A DNA stretch of 52,371 nt, filler included, from Porpidia crustulata (Eukaryota): the NCBI GenBank assembly GCA_964255105.1. It is 2 parts of 2 records of this genome, joined end to end, with 100 filler letters (N's around TTAATTAATTAA, not from the genome) between each part and the next. Parts side by side here need not be neighbours in the genome. Positions count along the whole stretch, not along the records: positions 26,243 to 52,371 come from CAXUWE010000040.1; 1 more part is not named here. One strand, 5' to 3'. How positions within the stretch are numbered: the stretch's first letter is position 1; every line of letters begins with the position of its first letter. The notes beneath the pieces are model-generated. The model was not told the origin of the DNA, ran no database searches, and saw only the letters and a list, made by a program, of their open reading frames with translations. This document shows positions 26,143 to 36,608 of the stretch, piece by piece. The translations under genes and the position numbers were made by a program.

Positions 26143-26242
26143 NNNNNNNNNNNNNNNNNNNNNNNNNNNNNNNNNNNNNNNNNNNNTTAATTAATTAANN
26201 NNNNNNNNNNNNNNNNNNNNNNNNNNNNNNNNNNNNNNNNNN
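26143..26242. other. Artificial contig-joining spacer
   Basis: Exactly 44 N + TTAATTAATTAA (stops in all six frames, 26187-26198) + 44 N = 100 nt. Confidence 0.95.
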
Positions 26243-26246
26243 TCCA

Positions 26247-26340
26247 TAACCCTAACCCTAATGCTTAGGGTTTTCGAACTAGGGGTGAATACGAGTAACT
26301 GAACAAACCTCTCAGCAGAACAGCAGGCTTAGGTTTAGGG
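26247..26340. repeat. Cluster of telomere-like TTAGGG/CCCTAA motifs
   Basis: TAACCCTAACCCTAA 26247-26261; TTAGGG 26265-26270, forming the inverted repeat AACCCTAA-tgc-TTAGGGTT; TTAGGTTTAGGG 26329-26340. Confidence 0.6.
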
Positions 26341-26672
26341 CTATTTTCACTAGTTTTAACCTACACCACACCTTCGATACCAAAAGACGCAGTCGAAACG
26401 TGTCTTTGATCACTATTGACACCGTGAATATGACTAGGCGAGTCTACATAGTGACTTTGCTGGCTGCCTTCAGTCCATGAGGATTATGGTAGCATGGCGT
26501 AACTCTAGCTCCAGCACTTGGACTTATAACAGAGGATTTGCAACTACTGAGGTCTCGGCTGCTTGGTGAAAGTGGTGACGAAAACATTGCTTCAATTCGA
26601 CCTCACGTCTCGATCACAAATATAGCGCCTGCGCATGGCCTTATTGCATCGTCTCAGGCGAGCACGACGCTG

Positions 26673-29600
26673 ATGGACTTTGACAATCCCCAAAATGAGG
26701 CACTGCGAACTTCAGAGGAACCACAATCCGACTATCATGACCAGAGGAACACGCCGGAACATGAGACCTTCCCATTTCCCCGGCTCTCTAATGATGTACC
26801 TATGCTTTCCAGGTCAAAGCCGAAATCCCACCTTTCAGAAGGTGACGATGAAGAGCCCGCTACGGCGAAGATTTTTGATCGTTCAAACAGTCCCAACTCA
26901 GCCACGCAGAGGAATAAAGTGGCAGAGTACTTGAAAGTGGGCGAAGAAGGGATCTGTAAGATGCACAAGTTCTCACTTTATGAGACAGCCAGCCGCTACT
27001 ATCTGGTAGGGGGCGATATCGTAGATCGGAAGTATAGAATCTTGAAGATAGATCGTACTTCAGAATCTGGGGAGCTGAATGTCGTTGAAGATGATATTAT
27101 ATACACTAAGAAGGAAATGAATCAGCTCTTGAACGCCATTGATGAAGGTAACAAGGTCTCGGGCGGATTGAAACTAAAATGCAGCACCTGGGGTCTTTTG
27201 GGGTTCATCAGGTTCACTGGTGCATACTACATGCTTCTCATCACTAAACGGAGCCAAGTTGCGATGATCGGTGGTCACTATATTTACCAAGTTGATGGCA
27301 CGGATCTTGTTTCGTTGACCTCGTCATCTTCAGCCCGTCACAGACTTGATCGAGACTCCGAAGAATCCCGTTTCGTTGGCATTCTCAACAATCTGGATCT
27401 GTCGCGTTCTTTCTATTTCAGTTATTCATATGATGTCACTCGTACTCTGCAGCATAATGTTATTTGTGAACGACAAGCTTTACAACAAGGCCAATTCAAC
27501 ATGCCTCAGCAGTCACGAAATCCAATGTTCGTTTGGAACAATCATCTGCTTGACCCAGCGTTGAAGAAGATGAAGAATACGTTTGATTGGTGCCTCCCAA
27601 TCGTACACGGATTTGTCGACCAAGCTAGTATATGGCACTTAGCAATGTCAATGCATTTTCTAACTTGGTAATCAGCTTTGTCGATTTACGGGCGAACAGT
27701 GTATGTAACCTTAATTGCCAGGCGATCGAGATTTTTTGCCGGGGCGAGGTTTTTGAAACGTGGTGCGAACGATTTGGTATGTTCTGAGGCTGCTAGACCT
27801 GCGTCGACAGCTAATTTCGCGACTAGGGATATGTTGCCAACGATGTTGAGACTGAACAAATAGTCTCAGAGATGTTGACAACCTCTTTTCACGCACCAGG
27901 CCCTGAATTTTATGCTAACCCCAATTATACCTCATACGTACAGCACCGTGGCAGCATTCCTTTGCATTGGACGCAAGACAATACTGGAGTCACACCAAAG
28001 CCAGATATCGAGTGTAAGTAGCGTCCTCAAATTAAGACAGATAAGTCTGATCGTCACTAGTGAATCTCGTCGACCCTTTTTACAGTGCCGCAGCACTCCA
28101 TTTTAATGACCTCTTCGAGCGCTATGGTTCTCCCATCTACGCACTCAATCTAATCAAAGTGCGGTTCCCTCGAAATCAGCGAAACGGGTGAACGCTAACG
28201 TTCTCAGTCACGTGAAAGAACACCCCGGGAGTCGATTCTGCTCAAAGAGTACACAGATGCCATTAAGTACCTTAATCAATTTTTACCCGACGACAAAAAA
28301 ATCACTTATCGAGCGTGGGATATGAGCCGAGCTTCAAAAAGGTATGAAACAGACCTTGAGGGTAGGATACTGTATTGAAACGATGCTCGATAGTCGAGAC
28401 CAGGATGTCATTGGGACGTTGGAGTCCATTGCAGATGATGTCATGACATCAACTGGCTTTTTTCGGAACGGCGACAGTCGATCTCCTAACATACAGATGC
28501 AGAACGGTGTGGCTCGAACCAACTGTATTGATTGCCTGGACAGAACCAACGCTGCTCAATTTGTAATAGGTAAACGTGCCTTGGGCTATCAATTACATGC
28601 TCTAGGTGTTATCAACGACACGTCCATCGACTATGATACCGATGCGGTAAATCTATTCACCCATATGTAAGATCCGTCAACGCTCAGTCTTGAAGGAGCG
28701 CTGATCAATATCGCGCTGATCAATATCGAGCATCTCAGGTACCACGACCATGGCGATACAATTGCCATTCAGTACGGCGGATCGCATCTTGTTAACACCA
28801 TGGAAACATACAGGAAAATTAACCAGTGGACAAGTCACTCTCGAGACATGGTGGAAAGCTTCAAAAGATACTATAACAACTCGTTCCTTGACCGACAGCG
28901 GCAGGAAGCATATAACCTCTTTCTTGGGAACTACATCTTCATCCAAGGACAACCAATGCTGTGGGATCTTGCCACCGACTACTACCTCCATCATGCAGAC
29001 CCGCGCGCGTGGCATAGGAAATCTCGGAAGAGCTACATTGAATGGTACACAGCGAGTCACCTATTGCCTAGAAAGATGCCAGAAAATACGCAACCTTGGG
29101 GATCGCTCGCTGGAAAGCCGCTACAATTCTTTGACGACTACTGGCTCGAGTACTACCGCCCTCTTGCCATATCTTCTTTTGAGAAGATTTTCTCTTACAG
29201 GATGAATTCTACTCTTACCTACATCCCCTTTAAGTCTACCCAAGAAGGCAGGTACGATTTCAGCCCGTTTCGAGTAAGGACTAGTAATGAGCATGATTCC
29301 CTCGCCAAAGGCCGTACTAGAAAGGCAGTCACTATAGTCGACTCTCGCGCAGACAATCTCAAGGATGATTCTAGTCAGGCTTCCTTTATAGCTTCACGAA
29401 CAAAGCGACCGGCATTACCGGGTTGGCTACAGGCTCAAACAAACGAGCAGTCTATACTCAATCAAAGCATACTGAAAGAGCTTACACTCAACGGAATCGG
29501 CGGTCTTCGTAATAATGCGAAGCCACTCGAGCAAAACAAACCAGTAAAAGACAAGTCTGCCGTCACCCAGTGGACCTTTGATCAATTCGTCACCAATTCT

Positions 29601-29924
29601 TTGAACCCCTCGGTGGCGGATACCGAGGCACACGAGTATCAGCGCTACGTTAGTCACCCACAGAATCTTCCCCTGATTGTCTCGAATGAAGTTCCGCCAA
29701 ATACAAACCTAGAGTTTTTTGGCTATATTAGCAGTATATCACCAGATGCCATGACGAATCTCCATCCCACAGACGATGAAATTGCGGATTATACGGAATT
29801 TCTGGATGTGGGAGAGGATCCTCTGACTGTTACTGATGTAGACACACCAAAGAAGCGGTACAAGGCTTATCGGCAGTGGCTGAAAGGTAAGTCATTGTTT
29901 AAGCAGCAGCGTGTTGATGTCTGA
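26673..29924 (+). CDS. FIG4: SAC-domain polyphosphoinositide [PI(3,5)P2] phosphatase
   Basis: Motifs [27 protein letters not shown], catalytic [34 protein letters not shown]. Introns 27628-27675, 27777-27826, 28014-28060, 28159-28207, 28342-28393, 28667-28738. The start ATG is inferred. Confidence 0.95.
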
Positions 29925-30107
29925 GGCGAAATGCCTCGACATGAGCCATAGCGGAGCAGCTGTTACGATGCGCGCAGTTGTCGCTCAATGAGTGATGTGG
30001 CTTACGAAGAAGATCGTATGGCTTCCGGGGACCGCTGCGGAAACCACGAAGAGAACGATCTTCAAGTAGCCAGCCACACGTTTTTCTTAGATCACAGTCC
30101 ATATAGT

Positions 30108-31899
30108 CTAGGCATTCAGTAGATCCCGAAGTCTGCCGTCGCCATCTATTAGAACCCGATATTCTTTTTCAACGTCGACGTCGTTCTTCGAGACAGCTGT
30201 CAGCAATCTCAAAGTACACTCCACACTGTCCAGCGCATTTTTGAGGTCTGCGGACATTGATTCTTCTTCTTGCAGATTACACCAGCATACGATTAATCCT
30301 TCGAGTATGTCGCCTCGGTGATGAGTTATTCGGGGCCAATCGTTCACGATAACGGCATTGAATGCTTGCACCGCCGCTTTCAATAATGGAAAATACGACA
30401 TCGCAAAAGGAGCTGTCACTATCTCCGAGAGCAGAGGAAGCAAATGCTATCATCCGCCATTAGCTGCCCTAAGGGAAACATATTCCAGACTCCTCACCTT
30501 CAAATGCTTGACAGATGCAATCCCCATTTCATTGACCAGATCCATAGCATTGTTTACGAGCATTTCCGCAATCCTGACATTCTGTCCAGCGTGAGCATAT
30601 CCCTTGAAAACACCATTGCGGAAGATCTGGTCAAATGCTTTCATTCTCGGGCCACGATTTTTCGCCCCGGCGAAGCAGGAGTTTACGAGGGCGGTCAAGG
30701 TCGGGTATATCGCAGCCAACAGCTGTAGTGATTCTTCCTCGGGTGTCAGAGATGGGAGGTATAAGAGGCAAGGCATCAGTGCGTTTTGAAATACCTCGCT
30801 AAGACCTGTACGCTCGATTACCTGAGATGGAGCCACCATGAGGAATAGGACCAGGATCTCGCAGCCCTTGATTTTGTAGGCCGTTGAGGAATCATCGATC
30901 AGTGCAAGCAGTGGGGGGATGATCAGTGGCCAATTTGCTTGTGTTTGGGATGCCTAGTCCCCAGGATTAGTTTAGACATTAGGACACGTTACGCATGCGT
31001 TGGCATCGTACATCGAGTTGCCTCGAGATCCACTTAAACACCGTGACAACTCCCACATCTCGAAATTTCCACGGTTTACTCGTAGTCTCAAGATTACTAG
31101 ACACAAAAGGTCCCGGAACAGCCCCGACGGCTTTCCGCCCTTGCTCAGTGATTTCCTTACTCCTGGATTTTTCAAAGGCTGGCCTGATCTTCTGTCGTAG
31201 TATTTCACTCAGCAGAGCATCTAGATCCTTGGTTCTAAGACTCAAGTCATCCAGGTATCCGTTCAAGAGAGCGGTAGCTTCGGCGAAAGATTCCTGGCTC
31301 GTCCATGGGTCCCGGGAGTTTGTAAAGGACGCTAGGCACGCGAGGAGCTCCGGGCTTGGATCCTCGCTGGAGAACGCCATAAAAGCTCGCAAGTGTGATA
31401 GCAGCCGTAGGCCCGCCAGGTACATTGCCCGGAGTCTCCTTGGTTCCGACGGCCTCAACGGCAGGTCATCGTCTAGAAAGCAAGGTTAGCTCCCTACGCT
31501 TTCCGCGTAGTCAATGTTTCTATTTACAGCTACTCGAAAATGGCGCTTTCTCGGCAAAGGTTTTATCTGGCAGGATGCTATTTGCGGTCCATTGCTGCAA
31601 GCGTTGAAGCGCAGCTGCTGGGGATTTGGGCGTCGAACGTCGTGCACACGCCTCGAGAACAAGGATTTCCTGATGTACCTGAGAAGTGACTTAGTATATT
31701 TTTCCAGGTTTAGTAGAAGATTTGACTGTTATACTTCGATATTGATCCTGTCCGCCGAGAATTCATTGTTCAGAATCAACGAATCAAGAGTTACATGTTC
31801 GAAAGCGTCAATTATTGGCAGGCAAGCCGGCGTCTTTTCTCTTTCTATAATCAGCTGCACATGCTTTAGGGCAGCAGTGCGCAGACCGTTGTGGTCCAT
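30108..31899 (-). CDS. TTI2: Tel2-interacting protein 2 (TTT co-chaperone complex)
   Basis: Recognised segments ASFTNSRDPWT, IRPAF..ITEQGRK, KPWK, WPLIIPPLLALIDD..KIKGCEIL, TGLSEVFQNALMPCLLYLPSLTP, WPRITHH. Multi-exon; the 5' exons and the start at 31899 are uncertain. Confidence 0.82.
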
Positions 31900-32195
31900 G
31901 ATATGTATCTTAGAAAACAGTTTTTCTTATACTTTGATACACAATTCAACCAAAGACAATAGGTTCTATTTGATTCTTCGGTGTTTTTATTCTCACATTG
32001 CTGTGAACCGCAAGTAGTAGATGATTGTTTGACTGTAATTAATACGATATCTTCTATACTGCCGCGTCCGACGTTCCTGCTGTGAACCGCATCTTGTCAC
32101 CCAATTATTCAATTTTCAAATTTTTTCTTCAGAACGAAACGTCAAAATCAGCTTTTTACGACACACGAGTTTGTCCCTCAGTCGGACAAACCTCT

Positions 32196-32438
32196 CACGC
32201 GGTCAGAAAGTAAATCCATACCGCAAGACTCGATCCTTGTCAAATTTACTACTTTATCTTGAACATACGATCTGAACGCTACAAATTTAGATGATGATGA
32301 ACGCAAAGCATCAGGTTCAAGCGATACACTGCTAAACTACGTAGATCCATCGATAAATATCCTGAAATCAATCATCAGATCTGATTCATATTGATGAAGA
32401 TCGATGTTTGCGGTATGGATTTATTTCTGACCGCCGTG
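32196..32438. mobile_element. MITE-like foldback element (~243 bp)
   Basis: CACGCGGTCAGAAAGTAAATCCATACCGCAA (32196-32226) is the reverse complement of TTGCGGTATGGATTTATTTCTGACCGCCGTG (32408-32438) apart from two 1-nt indels. AT-rich non-coding interior; no clear target-site duplication. Confidence 0.55.
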
Positions 32439-33010
32439 CCCCTCAACTGAGCATCGCACCTACCCTAGGGTTAGGGCCTAGTATCCTAGTAGATTTATTC
32501 GATTGAGAGGTAAGTACTAGCACTCTGAAGTGAACAACACCTTAAAATCACACGAGGTATAAATCATATGTTGTTTCATCTGTGCACACAATTGTATAGA
32601 ATTTAGACTTCGTATTATGAATGTATCGTTTCCATCCCTAAATAATGATAATGATAATTAAGAAACGAGGCAGTAATCTGGAAACCGGGGTACTTCTGAA
32701 ACCAAACTTCTTAACAGACGATATCTCACACCCGCAGCCAATCTGCTTGCATTCAATGTCAGCTTTGTTCTAAGCCTGTATTTCTGTGATTGCTCTTCGT
32801 TCCTGACCCTATGCAGATTTGGCGTTATGGTTTTCGAAAGCTGAACGTTCTGTTCATACGACTGGCTATCCAGCTGAGAATAACGCTGGGTGCGACATTG
32901 GCAGCGAATGAGAACGAGGTCGTGGTACGATGAGCCAGCGACGGGCGGAGTTGAAAAGCTTTCGATATCGTACACTTAATGAACGAGGAAGCAATCACTG
33001 TTCATCAAGT

Positions 33011-33802
33011 TCATTTCGAAACGGTTAATATCCCATAATTTGGCACCTCCTGATAACTCTCCAATTCTCCCAAGCTGCTGCCCCCGAGACCTTCGCCCCT
33101 TAGATACCTCTCCGGTATACTAGTAACGCCCCATTTGAGCTCCCCTCCTAGTCCGGCCTCCCGTGCCGCGGACTCGTAGACGTCCTTTCTCAGATGGTAG
33201 CAATCGAAATCCACCGCCCCAGCCTTTGTATCACCATGCACGTGGAAATATACTCCACCCTCGACTTCCTTCACAACATGATAGACGAGGAATCCGGAAC
33301 CCTCTGGCGGCGGACGAAGCTGATACTCAGCTTCAATCGACCCTGCGGGATCCTGGGTTGGCGGAACAGTGATACCGACAAAGCGCCCCCCACCCTTTAG
33401 GTTGACGGCAATATTCCTAAACATGTCCACCAAACCCGCGCGGTCAGGCGCGTAATTGAGCAACCATGCTCCAAAAACGAGATCAAAGGGTCCCTCCTCA
33501 TACGAAGTCGCTTTCGAGCAATCTGCGAGTTTAAAACCGACAGTCCCGGTCATGTCTGCAGGGGCCAGTCGTTTCGCTTCCGCAATCATGACGGGCGAAA
33601 TGTCCGCGCCTGTGACAGAGTTGGCGCCCCATTTGAGAAAATGATAAGTGTAGAAGCCGGAGCCGCAGGCGAGCTCGAGCACACGGGCGTTTTTTATATA
33701 GGGTGCTACTGTGGTTTCTACGTTTTCGCGCTCGATGAGGGCAATGGAGCATTCACGGCAGGCGTCGTAGGGGCCTTGAATGTTGTCATACTGGGTCGAC
33801 AT
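33011..33802 (-). CDS. Class I SAM-dependent methyltransferase (resembles ToxA-like family), intronless
   Basis: Motif I VLELACGSG, motif II GADIS, FDLVFGAWLLNYA, NLKGGGRFV. N-terminus MSTQYD; an alternative in-frame ATG lies at 33826. Confidence 0.88.
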   Translation of the reverse strand: MSTQYDNIQGPYDACRECSIALIERENVETTVAPYIKNARVLELACGSGFYTYHFLKWGANSVTGADISPVMIAEAKRLAPADMTGTVGFKLADCSKATSYEEGPFDLVFGAWLLNYAPDRAGLVDMFRNIAVNLKGGGRFVGITVPPTQDPAGSIEAEYQLRPPPEGSGFLVYHVVKEVEGGVYFHVHGDTKAGAVDFDCYHLRKDVYESAAREAGLGGELKWGVTSIPERYLRGEGLGGSSLGELESYQEVPNYGILTVSK

Positions 33803-34271
33803 TTTTGCTAGAAAACGGTATACCATGAGACATCAAGATTACTGCTTTTCGTAATCGTAGGAGATCAAATGTTGACTGGCAGTCCAGGAATGAAAATCCT
33901 ATAATAAAAGCACCTGCGGAAAGTGCCTTGTCGACTGATCATCTATAGTATGTAGCTGGTGCTTGTATCAATGGACATCTGCTCACCGACTACACGGTTC
34001 CATAAATGAGGTCGAGAATATTGCAAGTTGTGAATGTCAGGATTCGGGGATACTCGTTCCCCACACCTCATCGGACCACACCCCTCAACGACCACCCTAA
34101 CCAACATGAGTATATCGACCCCTAACCGTCGTCTTGAACAATAATTGGCGCCGTCCAAAACCTACCACAACGTGAACGCAACTGCCTTTCGACAGCCGTA
34201 GCGAACGCAGTTCCTGTCTAGATATGAATTTACACATACAACTTTTTGCTTCCTCAGACCCCATTCTACCC

Positions 34272-36057
34272 CTATATACCAAACTGCTTCACTTCGAGCC
34301 ATCTTAGACCTGGGTATACTACGCCGGCAAAACCAATAGACATCCAAGCGCCGATATCGCCTCCATACCCCCCAACCAGAGATGCAACAGGCCCATGGTA
34401 CCAAACCTGCTCCATGCCAATAATGGCGCCGGCCCAACCAACGAGCCAAGCAAACAGCGCTGCGGCACCAACAGGTAATTGTTTCCTGTCCTCCCATGCG
34501 GCCCAATTGAATGGTACGCCACGTAGCTGATGGAAGAGGACATGTTCTTCTATGGCAATGGTAAGCCAGGGACAAATCCAGTAGCTCATGATTGGAAGGA
34601 AATTCTCAAAGATGCTAAATAAATGATTACGTCCTGCGACAGAGCAGACGAGCTCAATGACCGTAATAACAACGCACCAAAACCAACGAGGAGTCGCCTT
34701 TGCGTAACGACCAAGTGCTTGAATAGTTAATGCCGCAGCATAGGTACACGGCGCATTGTTAGTAACAGAACCAAGAGCGAGGATGACAACGCAGAAACTG
34801 CCGAAGCCACCAAGTCCATCATAGGCCTGTAGAAGGAGTGCGCCGGATGAAATGCCATAAGCATCAGTCCAGGATTGCTTAGTGGCCACGCCAGTCGCGA
34901 TGCCCACTCCGATGATATTGCAGACGATCAAAGCGAGCCATGTGCCAGACCAGGTAGTTAAAAAACTGATCCACTTAGGAGTATTTGTAGGTTAATAGAC
35001 GTAGAAATCTGCGCCTATGGCTGCAAAGCCAACTACGATGGCAAATTGTAGTGCAAAGAAAGAGCACCGATTTGCAGTAATGGTACCTGCAGGGCCGACA
35101 GAGGCTGCAGACTTGTCCCAATCCTTGGCAGACTGGCCAATGAGAACAAGCATGGCACATAATTGTGGGAGGAAGGCATATCTAGCTTGCAGTGAGCTCA
35201 ACGAACTTGGGTTCTGAAACAGTATTGATACGCGCGAACCTCTCGACTGTGTGAACGATGGCGATACCAAAGGTAGCAATCACACCGATGCAGATGGCAG
35301 CAATGACACAACCAACAGCGATGCTCAAGCCCTTGCCGTTGATGGCTGAGAACATCTGACCAGCGATGATACAGCCAATAATTCCCCACCCAATCTGCAT
35401 AATCAGATTGAGGATACAGGCAAGCTTCGAAGGCCAGTAGCCCATAAAATATCGCCCAATGATCTAAAGGACAAGTAGTGCGAATTAGACAAATGTTTCA
35501 ACTAATTATTGCACCACCTGGAGAACACAGGTTGTTTGCATGAGAAAACACATACGCGCAATACGTACCATGGTCCGATTACCACTTTCTGGGCCAAAGG
35601 TGGACGTGTACGCAGGCGCACAAGCAGAAAGCCCGGTGGCAAAGATGACTATGCATATGCTGTCTACCCAGCCAAGCTGGAAGACGAGGGGCCCAAGAAG
35701 GCCCGTGATAATATTGTTGGCGCACATGTTGATGCTGAACCACAATACGGCCATTTGCACATAGCCCCGAACACCACCATTATGCTTTTCCTCGTGCAAG
35801 ACACGCATTATTCCACGAGCTTCAAGCCCACCAAGGCCTTCGACCTTGGCATTCCATCGGGCGAGCTTGTCTTTAAGGAATTGCGGAGTAGGAGGGATGT
35901 CACATTCCTTGGAGTGATTGAAGGAAGAATCGGGCGCATCAATATCGCTGTCGTTGTACGGATTGACATTGATTTCGGTCGGAGTCTTCAGCTCGCCACC
36001 TCTCTCAGGATCATTTTCGGGGATCTGGTGGGCACCTGGACGATCAAGAACAGCCAT
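34272..36057 (-). pseudogene. Purine-cytosine permease (NCS1/FCY2 family) with one premature stop
   Basis: Motifs LEARGIMRV, FGPESGNRTM(I)IGRYFMGYWP, ERYAFLPQ, NNAPCTY, EQVWYHGP..GGDIG. Introns 35464-35568 and 35182-35239. In-frame TAA at 34992-34994 (ADFYVY*PTNTP); the frame continues cleanly afterwards. Confidence 0.8.
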
Positions 36058-36608
36058 GATTGCCGCAAATGGTTTTGTGCTCTTAACATGAGACGAAGAG
36101 GAAGACTGACTTGAAATCCAGCTTCGCGAGGGTCCAGAACCTTACTAGTATTTACCCCTCAATCGGATAAGCATGTGTACATAGCCCTGAACAAATTGTG
36201 GAGCTCCACGCATAGCCCGGAGCGAGGGAGGCAGCTACCACTAGCTACACCTGGCATGATTCGCTTACGCAGCAGCAAAGGCTCGTTAGCCTTCCAACAT
36301 CTTCGCTGTGAAGGTAGTAAGTAGTACACAAGCTCAAGTAACTGCTGAGCACAACCCAAGTTCCTCTGGACTGGTTAGGACGATTAGTGCGCTCGAACCC
36401 CATTCGGGTTTGACGAATTGAAGCGGTTTTCCTTGATTGATGATAGACCCGATTTTGATCCGGACATCTATTGGAGGATTTTTTAGGCCAATTCGAAAGT
36501 CGTGTGGACGCTCTTACCGGTAGCGACTGCATCGGACTTGGGTAGACTGTAAATTGCCTGTTGCTATACCAGTCATAGTTTTTCGTGTAGTAGGCATGCA
36601 TTCAACAT

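Noticed and set aside
26187..26198. TTAATTAATTAA as a biological palindrome or piggyBac site
   Set aside because: It is centred in symmetrical N runs and is an assembly linker.
32463..32476. CCCTAACCCTA (minus strand) as a telomerase RNA template
   Set aside because: Filamentous-fungal telomerase RNAs are kilobase-scale and would run into TTI2; no pseudoknot or CR4/5 element could be identified by eye.
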